Shown one piece after another: positions 26,516 through 36,725 of a DNA stretch of 64,000 nt. The translations under genes and the position numbers were made by a program. Numbering within the stretch: position 1 is the first letter of the stretch; every line of letters begins with the position of its first letter. The notes below the pieces were generated by a model. It had not been told where the DNA came from. It searched no databases and worked only from the letters and a program-made list of their open reading frames with translations. The stretch lies in sequence record KP869100; one strand, 5' to 3'. The stretch comes from Escherichia typing phage 1.

Positions 26516-27588
26516 TAAGGAACCTCTAAAAATCCACTATTCAAATCATCTACAACAGTATTCAACAGGTACGCACCGTTCTGTTGCTCCTGATTAGCAT
26601 TCTGCTCTTTATCAATTTCCATCTTCTTAATCATATACTTCAAAGGTGGTTCTTTAGGAGCTACAAAATCTCTGGGAATACCAAACATATCATACAGTGG
26701 GGCAGCATTATAGTAAACCCACTCATGAAGAAGTTTTGTATTTAACCCAACTACAGCACGTCCTTCAGAGAAGATATAATACGACCATTTCTCTTCACTT
26801 TCAACTACTTCATCTAAGATTACTTTAATCTCTGGAAGAATTTGTTGAAAAGCTTTCTGCCACTCATCATCTCTTAAAGTTTCTTTTAAAACTTCAATAT
26901 CAATTTTAGTGTGAAGGATTTCGTCAAGCATAATTTTCTGGACAGCTTGAGCAATACCCTGAAATTTATCTTGAGCATCAAGTGCAAAAGTACATGCAAA
27001 GGATGCCATAAAAGATATACCTTCAAGTGCAGTCACTGCAAACAGCCCTTTCAGAATCACTTTATGGAAGTGTAAAGGGTCTTTGTCAAGAAGTGAATCA
27101 CGGACATAACTCAGGCGATAGTTTATACCTTCATCCAGTAATTCTTCAAGAACACGATTCACAGTTTTTAATCGGTCTTGTACAGCAACATTCTGGTTAA
27201 TCTCATCTAAGATTGTTTCAGGGTTTTTAATACATTGCCTTACAATCTCTGAGTAAGTAAGAGCATGTAGGTTTTCAATCTCAGACTGCTTCATAATTGC
27301 AGTTGCATAGATGTCATCAGAGATGAATGGTGCAAAGGCGAATGCCAAGCTCTTAGCAACTTGGGTATCTGCTTCCCACTGCCACTTAAGAATCTCAAGC
27401 ATTACACCTGACATTGATGCTGGCACACTCTCAAAATCAAGACGTGATTGTTCAAAAGGAAACTCATCTTCTGACCAGTCTTGCGCTTTTTGTTGTTTAT
27501 ATAGCTCAAAGATTTTTGGGTAGTGCTTATTAAGTGAGTCAAATGTCTTTCTCTCACCACCTAAAAAGATTGGGTGTTGGTTAATCAT
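26515..27588 (-). CDS. nrdB: ribonucleotide reductase small subunit
   Basis: Start trimmed to the ATG at 27586-27588 (ATGA overlap with the upstream gene); R2-like ferritin-type helices; adjacent to nrdA. Confidence 0.8.
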   Translation of the reverse strand: MINQHPIFLGGERKTFDSLNKHYPKIFELYKQQKAQDWSEDEFPFEQSRLDFESVPASMSGVMLEILKWQWEADTQVAKSLAFAFAPFISDDIYATAIMKQSEIENLHALTYSEIVRQCIKNPETILDEINQNVAVQDRLKTVNRVLEELLDEGINYRLSYVRDSLLDKDPLHFHKVILKGLFAVTALEGISFMASFACTFALDAQDKFQGIAQAVQKIMLDEILHTKIDIEVLKETLRDDEWQKAFQQILPEIKVILDEVVESEEKWSYYIFSEGRAVVGLNTKLLHEWVYYNAAPLYDMFGIPRDFVAPKEPPLKYMIKKMEIDKEQNANQEQQNGAYLLNTVVDDLNSGFLEVP

Positions 27589-27926
27589 AGTGTGATTTCT
27601 CCTTTCTTTATCATTTCTAAGGCTTGTTTTCGGTCTAGAACTTCCCAATTTTCTTCATTGAACATTTCATATGGTCTTGCATAGATTTTACCATCTGCTG
27701 TAGAGATGTATGACACACCATCAACCCATGAGTCATCATTTTGTTTTATCATCATATCTGTGCTACTTACATAGTACAACGTTTTCCGAGGTTTGTAGAG
27801 CAGATAAATTGGCCACTCATGATTTGCTATTAAGTCCTTCATACTCTCTCCAAAGTTATTTTTAGAGGGTCTTTTACGACCCTCATAGTTGTTAAAACTA
27901 AACACCGCAGCCCTCGCAATAAGCAT
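27585..27926 (-). CDS. hypothetical protein
   Basis: 113-aa ORF inserted between nrdA and nrdB. Confidence 0.45.
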   Translation of the reverse strand: MLIARAAVFSFNNYEGRKRPSKNNFGESMKDLIANHEWPIYLLYKPRKTLYYVSSTDMMIKQNDDSWVDGVSYISTADGKIYARPYEMFNEENWEVLDRKQALEMIKKGEITL

Positions 27927-30132
27927 CTTGCAGTGCAGATTTACCTACACCAATGCGACTGTTAAGGTAGTACATGGTTTTCATACCTACCGAGTTGGCA
28001 TAAATCATGTACTTCAGAGCTTGAGCCAATGATACCTTCTTAGACTTTGCATAGTCAACATAGAAGTCTGAAGAGATAGCTTGACCAGTGAACTTTTGAA
28101 CAATTGCATAACAATCAATCATATCAAAGGTGTCAATATCCCAAGCAATTTCATAGACATACTTCAACTCTTCATAATCTGGAACAATAAACAGTACGTT
28201 ACCAGTTGCAGACTTTTTAGTTAAAATAAAGTCACGAATTGGGTACAAGCCATTTGTCGTATTAGTTGCTAGTGAAGAACTCTCATTAGGCATGTAAGCT
28301 TCTAATACAGAGTTTCGGATTCCACCATTCTCTTTGATACGTTGTGCTAAGTCATCCCAATCATATCGTAGTTTCGCATCATGCTTTTCATCAATCTTCT
28401 TGTTAGCTGTCTTTGGAGGAACCCACCCTTCAGGATACTTAGTGAACTTCATATACTCAGGTACACCACGTTCTTTAGCAAGTCTCAAAGAAGCTTCGTG
28501 TAAGTAGTAAGAGTGCATTTCAGCAAGCTCATGAAGCTTCGTCTTACCTGCTCTTGAAGAATAGTTCACGTAGTTCTTCGCAAGGTAATGAGCCACATTT
28601 GTAAGGCCAATCCCAACAGAACGACGCTTCTGAACATGGTTACGCATCGACGGATACGGATAATCCATAAGGTCAATAACGGAGTCAACCATTGCAAGAG
28701 CATAATAAGCAACGTCAGCGTATTCATCTTCTGAAATTCTCCCTGCAACCAAACTAGCTAGGAAGCAAAGAGCTACCTCACCATCCTCTTTCACAGCATC
28801 GTCTCTGTAAAGGTCTGTCTCTTTCTCAAAACCATACACTGGCAATACAATTTCCATACAAAGATTTGACATCTTCAATGGTTCTTTAAATGGTGTATGT
28901 GTGTTTGCATTGTTAGTGAAGAATGGATACACACGACCTGTAGCATAACGCTGTTGAATAAACAGCTTAGCAATTTCACGAGCCTTGACTCGTCTGTGTT
29001 TAACACCTGAATGTACTGCATGACCAACTGCCATAGCAAACTCATCAGCAGATGCTGTGTAGAACATGTCATAGAGTTTTGGTGCATCTTTGTAAGAGAA
29101 TAGCAACCAATCTGTATCATACTGAACACACTGCCAGAAATAATCGTTTGTACCGAATGAGTAGTCCATCTCATTAATACGTTTAGAAGGAACCGTTGTA
29201 GGGTGCTTCAAACGCAGTAAATCTTCAATCTGCGGGTCTAGAGCAGTGTAGAAGTTATTAGCTGAACCACCACGACTCTTCTGTTTGTTTGCCTCTACAG
29301 ATGAACGTACAAGCTTGTAATAAGGTAGCTTACCCATGTGCTCAATCGTATTTTGACGGATACCATCACCAATAGTGCGAGTCTCCATCAGCATACCAAT
29401 ACCAGCTTGCTTTGTAGTCATATCATAAGCAACCTTTGCAGCAATACCAAGTGATTCAGCAGTATCATTTGCCTTAATCAAACAGCATGACGCATAGCCT
29501 GATTTAGTTGCTCTTAAACCGTTTAAATAAGGCGTAGGAGCGTTAATCTTCAGGTCAGATAGGTAAGTGTACAGCTTGATAACATCTTGTAGTCTACGGT
29601 GCTTTGGTTGCTTCTCAAAGGCTTTCATAGCCATGCCCATAAACATAAATTGTGGTGACTCAAAAAGTCTTCCAGTTTTAATATCACGGATACCATACTT
29701 GTCTCTGAACTGTTTCAATACTGCATAGCCGTAAGAGATATCTTTTGAGTGTACGATGTAACCTTGCAGATATTCAAGCTCTTCCTGTGAATAATCCATC
29801 TTCTCCCAAAGTCCTGCTCTCTCCATATTTTTAACGAAGGTAATCAGCGTAGGAACCTTAGTAAAGCCTCCAAAGGCTTCTTTGTAGATAATACCCAGAA
29901 GTAGCCGTCCAGCCATATCTGAGTACTCTTGAGTTTGTTTATCAACACAAACATCAATCATGGCTTGGTGCATCTCTTTTGTGGTGCAACCTTCATAGAC
30001 ACGTTTCATAGCTTCCATAGTGACTTCTGACCAGATAATTCCACGCTTGTCTGCCCATGATGCCCACTTATTCAGTCTTTCTGGGTCAAAGCTTACTACT
30101 GTGCCGTTTGATTTTTTAATTGTCTTAATCAT
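27898..30132 (-). CDS. nrdA: ribonucleotide reductase large subunit
   Basis: 744 aa; N-terminal ATP-cone-like segment; C-terminal CEGCGV tail; adjacent nrdB. Confidence 0.9.
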   Translation of the reverse strand: MIKTIKKSNGTVVSFDPERLNKWASWADKRGIIWSEVTMEAMKRVYEGCTTKEMHQAMIDVCVDKQTQEYSDMAGRLLLGIIYKEAFGGFTKVPTLITFVKNMERAGLWEKMDYSQEELEYLQGYIVHSKDISYGYAVLKQFRDKYGIRDIKTGRLFESPQFMFMGMAMKAFEKQPKHRRLQDVIKLYTYLSDLKINAPTPYLNGLRATKSGYASCCLIKANDTAESLGIAAKVAYDMTTKQAGIGMLMETRTIGDGIRQNTIEHMGKLPYYKLVRSSVEANKQKSRGGSANNFYTALDPQIEDLLRLKHPTTVPSKRINEMDYSFGTNDYFWQCVQYDTDWLLFSYKDAPKLYDMFYTASADEFAMAVGHAVHSGVKHRRVKAREIAKLFIQQRYATGRVYPFFTNNANTHTPFKEPLKMSNLCMEIVLPVYGFEKETDLYRDDAVKEDGEVALCFLASLVAGRISEDEYADVAYYALAMVDSVIDLMDYPYPSMRNHVQKRRSVGIGLTNVAHYLAKNYVNYSSRAGKTKLHELAEMHSYYLHEASLRLAKERGVPEYMKFTKYPEGWVPPKTANKKIDEKHDAKLRYDWDDLAQRIKENGGIRNSVLEAYMPNESSSLATNTTNGLYPIRDFILTKKSATGNVLFIVPDYEELKYVYEIAWDIDTFDMIDCYAIVQKFTGQAISSDFYVDYAKSKKVSLAQALKYMIYANSVGMKTMYYLNSRIGVGKSALQDAYCEGCGV

Positions 30133-30146
30133 TTTTAAATCCTACA

Positions 30147-30172
30147 GATGAAAAGAGCCTCCGAAGAGGCTC
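30147..30172 (-). terminator. intrinsic terminator (GAGCCTC-CGAA-GAGGCTC)
   Basis: Perfect 7-bp stem at 30155-30172 followed on the minus strand by TTTTCATCT. Confidence 0.55.
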
Positions 30173-30178
30173 CCTAGT

Positions 30179-30514
30179 TTAAATCTTGAAAATTTGCTCA
30201 TTCTGCCACATATCGTAAAACTTATCACTTACCTTTGTGACTGAAGAGGTGTGCATACAATTCAGGAACCATGATGGTGTACTATCATCCATAATTGTTT
30301 CAAGTTTTTGTGTGACATTCACATCCATGTCTGCAACAACGTAATTGCCTCGCATTTTGCAAACAATTCTTCCAAACAAGATTGCGCTTCTGCCTCTTCG
30401 GTCGTCACAGTACATAACTGTGTCACCGTGCTTAACATCTTGTCCGATACTATCAACACCTAATTTAGCACCTGAGATAATGTCATCATAAGATAGCTTT
30501 TTTGCTTTAGACAC
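30179..30514 (-). CDS. hypothetical protein
   Basis: 111-aa ORF. Confidence 0.45.
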   Translation of the reverse strand: MSKAKKLSYDDIISGAKLGVDSIGQDVKHGDTVMYCDDRRGRSAILFGRIVCKMRGNYVVADMDVNVTQKLETIMDDSTPSWFLNCMHTSSVTKVSDKFYDMWQNEQIFKI

Positions 30515-30839
30515 GGTATTTCTCCAAGTTTCTTTTTAGATATAACCAACCATAGTCAGTTCTTTCTACACCCATGAATAGTGGAGCCATTACAACTTTA
30601 CCAAAAGTATTCCTGTGTTGGCAGATTTCAAAAGAATATTCTTTCTCAATATCAATCCCGTATTTGTACAGGACTGCTTTTAAAACTTGTTCATTGTCCA
30701 GAAGTGTATCTGGAGTCTCACCATATTTTTCTAGTAACGGGTCATTCATAAACACCGTCATAGAAATATTGTAGTTTGAGAAGTGGCTCTTCTGAGCCAC
30801 ACCTTCTTTATTAATGTTCTGTGAATCCATTATAACCAA
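30507..30839 (-). CDS. hypothetical protein
   Basis: 110-aa ORF. Confidence 0.45.
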   Translation of the reverse strand: MVIMDSQNINKEGVAQKSHFSNYNISMTVFMNDPLLEKYGETPDTLLDNEQVLKAVLYKYGIDIEKEYSFEICQHRNTFGKVVMAPLFMGVERTDYGWLYLKRNLEKYRV

Positions 30840-31566
30840 CCCCTTTTAACCAGCACTTCAGGTTATTAGCATCATAATTCAGTTTCGGGTATGAGGTTAC
30901 ATGGAACTGCTCACCATCATAGTAGACAATATCTGCAATCCATAGTCCGTTCTCTTTACAGAAATCTTTATCTGCTTTAGAGGTAATTGGATTAACTTCT
31001 ACAAAACCATCTACACCCAAATCCTTTAAGCTACCTACAATACCTTTGCAGATAACGCATGTCTCAGATACTACCACAAAAAGTTCTTGGCTTTCAAGTT
31101 CTACAATGTATTCACCAAGCTGTACTTTTGGGAGATTCGATTGCTTCATAATCTTCCCATCGGCTACACGAACAATTGCGTACCACTCTTTACCATCAAC
31201 TACTGACATTCTGACAATACAATCTTGACCAGTACGCTTCTCAATATCTGCAAGACGTTTTAAAGCTTCTTCATAATCGTCTGTGTATTTCAGGTCATTA
31301 TTATGGCAAACAGCTTTCATAGCACCGTTATGGTCATGTTGTGACAGGTAAATCAAACCGTCAAGAACATATTGCAAATCTGCCTGAGCATCCAGTGTCT
31401 CAATGGGGTCTTTCTCTTCAATCGCTTTTACAAGCTCTTTTGCTTCTTCAAGCATACACAGAGATTGAGATTTCAAAGACTCCCAATACTCATTACTGTA
31501 TGGTTGTTTTTGAGTTTTTCCGCAACGAAGATTCCAGTTTTTTACTGATTCTCTTGAGTTAAACAT
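30811..31566 (-). CDS. hypothetical protein
   Basis: 251-aa ORF; weak MazG-like helical N-terminus, not confirmed. Confidence 0.4.
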   Translation of the reverse strand: MFNSRESVKNWNLRCGKTQKQPYSNEYWESLKSQSLCMLEEAKELVKAIEEKDPIETLDAQADLQYVLDGLIYLSQHDHNGAMKAVCHNNDLKYTDDYEEALKRLADIEKRTGQDCIVRMSVVDGKEWYAIVRVADGKIMKQSNLPKVQLGEYIVELESQELFVVVSETCVICKGIVGSLKDLGVDGFVEVNPITSKADKDFCKENGLWIADIVYYDGEQFHVTSYPKLNYDANNLKCWLKGVGYNGFTEH

Positions 31567-31805
31567 TTGGACTCCTTAAAATATCTGTTAACCTTTAGCT
31601 CTCGTGTTTCAATATATTCCAGATGTTCACGTAGCTCTTGGCGTTTAAGCATTAGGTGCTGCATTTGAGATTCAACAGCTTCAACTTCTTTAATTATCGA
31701 CTCTCTAGCATTTGCAAGAATGCGCTCAAGTTCTTCAATCTTACTGTCAACTTTTGCTACATGACTCACAGCTTTGCTTTTATTAAACATTTTATTCTCT
31801 CTCAA
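31542..31805 (-). CDS. small coiled-coil protein
   Basis: 87 aa; heptad-like charged repeats. Confidence 0.4.
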   Translation of the reverse strand: MRENKMFNKSKAVSHVAKVDSKIEELERILANARESIIKEVEAVESQMQHLMLKRQELREHLEYIETRELKVNRYFKESKCLTQENQ

Positions 31806-31811
31806 TAGTTA

Positions 31812-32309
31812 TCAAGCACAGTTTGCTTTCATTACCTTATGGATTCTTTTTTCAGCATCTTCATAAGTTTCTTTAGTAATAAACTTAATTGCTGCAATAT
31901 TGGCATTGTAGAAGAGTCTGAGCTTAGAGTCAATCCTTTTTGTCATTACATCGAATTTATGTTGAAGATTTGCTTCACCATAGACTAGGCCACCTTTTGT
32001 GTAGTAGGTCTGAATAATGTAAAAGTCAAAAAATTCTTTTCCAAAGCTCTCAATATCTTTTTTAATATACTCAGAAGAAGTTTCATAAGTCATCCAATCA
32101 CTCTCCTTAGTGACTACCTTCTTCCGAGTCTTGCCAGCAACTTTTCTTTTAGTCACACTATTAAGCTGTTTCTTTCCGATATAATATTGTCCGGTTTTCT
32201 TACAGTGTACTAAATAGACAAAACCAAAATGTTTAGTGGGGTCAACTTCCCCACATAAAGACACCCAATGACCATAGGTGGGGCAATTGCCAAATCCTTT
32301 AATCTTCAT
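31812..32309 (-). CDS. GIY-YIG nuclease
   Basis: 165 aa; GFVYLVHCKKTGQYYIGKK matches the GIY-YIG signature. Confidence 0.55.
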   Translation of the reverse strand: MKIKGFGNCPTYGHWVSLCGEVDPTKHFGFVYLVHCKKTGQYYIGKKQLNSVTKRKVAGKTRKKVVTKESDWMTYETSSEYIKKDIESFGKEFFDFYIIQTYYTKGGLVYGEANLQHKFDVMTKRIDSKLRLFYNANIAAIKFITKETYEDAEKRIHKVMKANCA

Positions 32310-33339
32310 TCATACACGGCTCCCAATTATATTTCTTAAAAGAGAAATTATCTTTTGGATTTCTTTCTTGATAAGCTATCCAGAAATGCTGTTCCATTAG
32401 CTCTAACGGTGTCTTTGTAACTGTCTGTCCATCCCATGATACATAGGTGTAAGAGTCTTTTTTAGCATAGAGTTCATAGATAGCATCAAGACACTCTTTG
32501 TAGGTCTCTTTACCATCTAAAGCATTCATCACAGCCACTTTACCAGCACCTTTAAGTCCGAAGTAGTTGTCTGCATTATCTCCAGCAACAGCCTGATAGC
32601 ACAAGAATTTAAAACCTACACCAACTGTTTTTGCAGCTTTTGGTTTTGATTTGATAGGACAATCCCAGATATCACCAACATTATTATCAGCAATAAAGAT
32701 TAGTGGTGATTTTTCATAAGTCATATCAATACAATAAGTTCCTTCAGCTTGTCGAAGGTCTTTGTCAATACTCATAAGAGCAGCCTTCTTACCCATCTTT
32801 TCAGCTTTAGCAATTACGATTGAATCGGCTTCGAAGCCCCCCTTTAAGAGCTTGAACTCTGGTCTGGATAAAAGGTATTCACGACAAGCGACTAAGTGTG
32901 TTGGTGTGACAGCATCTTTACGATTACCTTGATATTGGTGCTCAAGACCTTTAATGTCTTTATGTTTATGCACACCCTTCTCTGTTAAATAACCTACCCA
33001 AGTTCTTTCTTTACCAACAATCTTAAGCCATTCCTGAAGCACCTGTTGAGTAGCCATGATAGCTTCTTTTTCACTCTTAGCTTCTTTCCAAGTTTGTCTT
33101 TCCCATTCATCTTCCTCAAATGTCAGGCCAAGCTCTTCCACAAGGATTCTCTGGTCTGCTAACCATCTTGCAGCATCTTTCGCATTATCAAATGGTTCAG
33201 ACTCTTCTGCTGTGAGTTTATTAACGTATTTATACTTTGCTTTCTCAACTACACAAGCACCTTTATAGGCAATACTGTCAGAGTCAATAAAGACATGTGT
33301 AACTGAATCGGGAAGCTTTGTTAATGTGTACTTCTCCAT
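32299..33339 (-). CDS. 5'-3' exonuclease / flap endonuclease (RNase H-like)
   Basis: 346 aa; N-terminal VFIDSDSIAYKGA and later SIDKDLRQ resemble FEN-family acidic motifs. Confidence 0.65.
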   Translation of the reverse strand: MEKYTLTKLPDSVTHVFIDSDSIAYKGACVVEKAKYKYVNKLTAEESEPFDNAKDAARWLADQRILVEELGLTFEEDEWERQTWKEAKSEKEAIMATQQVLQEWLKIVGKERTWVGYLTEKGVHKHKDIKGLEHQYQGNRKDAVTPTHLVACREYLLSRPEFKLLKGGFEADSIVIAKAEKMGKKAALMSIDKDLRQAEGTYCIDMTYEKSPLIFIADNNVGDIWDCPIKSKPKAAKTVGVGFKFLCYQAVAGDNADNYFGLKGAGKVAVMNALDGKETYKECLDAIYELYAKKDSYTYVSWDGQTVTKTPLELMEQHFWIAYQERNPKDNFSFKKYNWEPCMNED

Positions 33340-33351
33340 TATGGCTCTCCA

Positions 33352-33381
33352 TATGAAAAAGCCCCATACTAAGTACAGGGC
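33352..33381 (-). terminator. putative intrinsic terminator
   Basis: GCCC..GGGC hairpin followed on the minus strand by TTTTTCAT. Confidence 0.4.
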
Positions 33382-33401
33382 TTTAAAGTAACTTTTAGAG
33401 A

Positions 33402-34259
33402 TTAGTCTTCTGTATCGAAGTCTTCATCTTCTTCGTCATCTGGGTCTGGCAAATCTTCGTCATCGCCATCATCAGAATCATTCGAAGATTTATGGTCTGT
33501 TGCGTCTTCTTCAGTGATTTCACCGTTATCTTCGACACCATCAAGACCAAGCATAGCCAGTTCGTCTTCATCCAGTTCAGGTTCACCGTTAGCACCGTTA
33601 CCACCAGTGTAAGGTACAAGAGTATCAATGATAAACTGTTCCTGAATAGGTTTTGTCAGAACATTGTTCTCAAAAGTGTAGAAGTGAGTAGAAAGAATCA
33701 CGCTACCAAAAGAACCGTTACCAACTGCAATATCTGGATGAATTACATCATAGTTCTTATCATCTTCATGTTTGTCAGATGCTTGAGCTTTGATTTTCTT
33801 CATCGGCTGCTTAACAGCTACACGCTTACCATTTACTTCTTCAATCAGCATTACAGGGAATGACTGTTTAGCTGTCCATACAGCACCATCTTTATAAGCT
33901 GCTGCACGACTTACTTTCAAGATGTAGTAAGTGTCTGCTTCAAATGGTGGTTTGCAACCAAACTTCTCTTCGAAGTCATCTGCATCAACTGCTTCAGTAG
34001 TAACTTTATCCCAACCTTCTGGGTTTTTCTTAGACTTAGTAAACTCTTTAAACAGCTTGTTACCATCTTCTGCCAGAATTGAAACGCTGTAGTTACAGTC
34101 TTTGCCTGGGAATTTCTTATCAATAGACTTACCTTTTCCCGGACGTGGTGAAGTATTCAGGTAATAAAACCATACATCTTTCAGCAGGTAACGCAGAGTT
34201 TGACGTTCAGTACCGTTGTACTTCTCTACCGGAGCTTTCATTTTAACAACTTTAGACAT
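33402..34259 (-). CDS. putative single-stranded DNA-binding protein (acidic C-terminal tail)
   Basis: 285 aa; extremely acidic tail DDEDLPDPDDEEDEDFDTED as in phage SSBs; sits in the replication module. Confidence 0.5.
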   Translation of the reverse strand: MSKVVKMKAPVEKYNGTERQTLRYLLKDVWFYYLNTSPRPGKGKSIDKKFPGKDCNYSVSILAEDGNKLFKEFTKSKKNPEGWDKVTTEAVDADDFEEKFGCKPPFEADTYYILKVSRAAAYKDGAVWTAKQSFPVMLIEEVNGKRVAVKQPMKKIKAQASDKHEDDKNYDVIHPDIAVGNGSFGSVILSTHFYTFENNVLTKPIQEQFIIDTLVPYTGGNGANGEPELDEDELAMLGLDGVEDNGEITEEDATDHKSSNDSDDGDDEDLPDPDDEEDEDFDTED

Positions 34260-34295
34260 TATTTAAACCTCTATCTCAATTTATGAAGAGTACCA

Positions 34296-34324
34296 ATTCT
34301 AGTTTGTTGATACTCTATTGTCAA
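34296..34324 (-). promoter_or_regulatory. sigma70-like promoter TTGACA-N17-TAGAAT
   Basis: -35 (rc) at 34319-34324, -10 (rc) at 34296-34301, 17-nt spacer; upstream of the SSB candidate. Confidence 0.5.
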
Positions 34325-34331
34325 ACACTAA

Positions 34332-34481
34332 TTACTGGAAGTTGTGCTTATCTTTAGAAGCTGCTTTACGTGCAGTTTTTCCAGTTCTTACACGTTTTTC
34401 TTCATAGTATTTTGCTGGTTTTCCAGCAGTGGCTTTTAAGGAATCCCCAAAAACTTTTTCAAATGCTTTAGAGTGTTTCAT
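34332..34481 (-). CDS. unlisted 49-aa basic peptide
   Basis: Hand-translated MKHSKAFEKVFGDSLKATAGKPAKYYEEKRVRTGKTARKAASKDKHNFQ; GGAGAA SD; ATGA overlap with the upstream ORF. Confidence 0.3.
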   Translation of the reverse strand: MKHSKAFEKVFGDSLKATAGKPAKYYEEKRVRTGKTARKAASKDKHNFQ

Positions 34482-34759
34482 GATATTCTCCGATATACTT
34501 GATATTCAAACACATTTTCTTTCATTATAAACAGCCAACCAATATTATGCTGAGGTATAGTAATAGTGACTGTGATAATACTGTGATGGAACTTTTCTTC
34601 TACCTCAACACCTCCATCACATTTCATGTAGAGCATTCTATAGAACCTATCAACCTTTGTCAAACACTCTTCCTGAAATTTATTTAAACTTTTTTCTTCA
34701 AAGAAGGGTGTGAACCCCTCTCTTTTATAACTATCACTCAGTTTCGAATGGGCAGTCAT
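34478..34759 (-). CDS. hypothetical protein (start trimmed; overlaps helicase 3' end)
   Basis: GAGG SD 6 nt before the ATG at 34757-34759; coupled to the downstream small ORF; could be spurious. Confidence 0.3.
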   Translation of the reverse strand: MTAHSKLSDSYKREGFTPFFEEKSLNKFQEECLTKVDRFYRMLYMKCDGGVEVEEKFHHSIITVTITIPQHNIGWLFIMKENVFEYQVYRRIS

Positions 34760-36725
34760 CTGCATCCTCACTTAATACAGGTGGAATCGTTGAGCTTTGA
34801 CGCTGCTCTTCAGTATAGACTTCACCAGTCTCACGGTCAAACACTTCATCCTCATAATGTGGCAAAGAGTCATCGTAATGGTCTTCAGCTTCACCAATAC
34901 CAAACTGTTGGCGAATATTTTCTGCTGCACCATCAATGTCAACTCCGCAACCAGATGCTTTGATGAGGCGTCCTGTATCTGGATTGTACCAAGTATGACC
35001 AGCAATACCCGTTGACTTACCATGACGACGACATTTAGTTAGCTTGATTTTTGTCAAGTTTTTCTTAACAGGGTCTGGGTCAACCTTGTTACGCATTAAC
35101 AGAATGTTGTTCATAGAAATCTGGAAATACGCACCAGAGCCTTTAATATCCTCTTCAGAGATATCCCCACCTTCAGAGTTAGCCTTCTGACCACCTGCAC
35201 TCTTACGAACGTGACAGACGTTCACTTGTGCATACTGGTAGCGTTTGCAACGACGCAATAGCTCAGATAAAACTTCCTCTTCATCCGTATCTGAACGTGA
35301 CAGAGCCAACGTAATAGGGTCAAGAATAATAATCTTGCAGTCTAAACTGTTAACCAGATAATCAACAAATTCCAGCAAGTTATCTTGGTCAATTGCCCCT
35401 TGATGGTCAACGATGTGGATACGACGACCTTTAGACAGTTCTGCGTGTGCCTCCTTCAATTCATCCCAATCACGTTCGTCATAAGGAATCTCAGAAATCT
35501 GCTTGCTCAGGTGGATTGCACAGAGCATCTCCATCAACTCTTCATAGGTATCTTCAACCGGAATTACACCAATATTGTAATCAGTATCTTTCCAAGCTGA
35601 ATAAATCATCTCACGAGTGTAAGCTGACTTACCTACTGAAGATGGTGCTGCAATAGTTGTAATCTCACCCAAACCATAACCACCGTAAGTCAGTCTGTTC
35701 AAATCCCCGAAAGATTCTGGGAAAGGAATCAATGGAATCTGACCACGATTCTTCATTGCCTCAAAACCATCTGCAAAGTTCTTGATACCAGCAGGACAGT
35801 AACGAGGTGCGTTGTAGATACGCTGCTTAAATCCTTCCAGAACTGTGTCTTTCTCTTTATAGAACTTTGTCCACCATTCGTTAAGGTCTTTTACACCCTC
35901 TGGATACTGGAATAAACGAACCTTCTCAATAGGTAAGATACCAGCAGCCTCTTTGGTAGCTTTAGCACCTGCTTCATCGTTATCAAAGCACAAGTAAATT
36001 TCATCAAATGATGTGATGTACTGATAGTTATCTTTGATAGACTTGATGTTTGCACCTGACGGAACAGATACATGACAGTAATTCTTACGACGAGACTTGT
36101 CTTTAATCGCAAGAGAGGTCATATAGATTGCTGTCGCACATTCCATCTCACCTTCCCAGATGAATAGACGGTTACCACCTTCTGGAGCAATCCATGAACC
36201 GAACATTGCCAGTTCACCTTTAATGTCTCCAACACCACCAGAAAAGTCTTTTAGCTTACCACGTAGGTGCTCTTTTGGATGGTCTTCTGGGTAACGGTGA
36301 CGAACACGGTAGCCAACATGTTCTAGCTTACCATCTTCATTACGTTTGTAAGTTGGATAGAAGTGCGCATCAATTTCACCGTCACTGTCAATGTCAACCT
36401 TGATACCTAAGCGTTCAAGGACTTTTGCAGGAATCTTCCTATCTTTCAAGTCCATTGCTTCTAGGTTTTCTTTTACATCGTCTAAATCCATTCCACGGAA
36501 AGTACGGTTTTTATTGTCTGAACCAGTAGAATAAGTGCTCACGATTTGTCCTTTATCAAAATCCCACTCTGGGAAACCTTTGTTACAACTAAAGCAAGTC
36601 ATTGAATAAGAATCATCGTCATGATGATAGATTGAACCAGCATCTGATGAACCACAACGTGGACATGCGCAATGACCAACAAACTGACCAGCCTCTTTCA
36701 ATTTACGACCTTTAGACATTAGCAC
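34734..36725 (-). CDS. bifunctional primase-helicase (zinc-ribbon/TOPRIM primase + DnaB-like helicase)
   Basis: 663 aa; N-terminal CPRCGSSD..CFSCNKG; TOPRIM-like LCFDNDEAG; Walker A APSSVGKSAYT. Confidence 0.85.
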   Translation of the reverse strand: MLMSKGRKLKEAGQFVGHCACPRCGSSDAGSIYHHDDDSYSMTCFSCNKGFPEWDFDKGQIVSTYSTGSDNKNRTFRGMDLDDVKENLEAMDLKDRKIPAKVLERLGIKVDIDSDGEIDAHFYPTYKRNEDGKLEHVGYRVRHRYPEDHPKEHLRGKLKDFSGGVGDIKGELAMFGSWIAPEGGNRLFIWEGEMECATAIYMTSLAIKDKSRRKNYCHVSVPSGANIKSIKDNYQYITSFDEIYLCFDNDEAGAKATKEAAGILPIEKVRLFQYPEGVKDLNEWWTKFYKEKDTVLEGFKQRIYNAPRYCPAGIKNFADGFEAMKNRGQIPLIPFPESFGDLNRLTYGGYGLGEITTIAAPSSVGKSAYTREMIYSAWKDTDYNIGVIPVEDTYEELMEMLCAIHLSKQISEIPYDERDWDELKEAHAELSKGRRIHIVDHQGAIDQDNLLEFVDYLVNSLDCKIIILDPITLALSRSDTDEEEVLSELLRRCKRYQYAQVNVCHVRKSAGGQKANSEGGDISEEDIKGSGAYFQISMNNILLMRNKVDPDPVKKNLTKIKLTKCRRHGKSTGIAGHTWYNPDTGRLIKASGCGVDIDGAAENIRQQFGIGEAEDHYDDSLPHYEDEVFDRETGEVYTEEQRQSSTIPPVLSEDADDCPFETE

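Noticed and set aside
28566-29174. Small minus-strand ORFs within nrdA
   Set aside because: Alternative-frame ORFs inside a well-supported 744-aa gene.
34748-36112. Several 60-85-aa ORFs on both strands within the primase-helicase gene
   Set aside because: Embedded in or antisense to a gene with clear Walker A and zinc-ribbon motifs.
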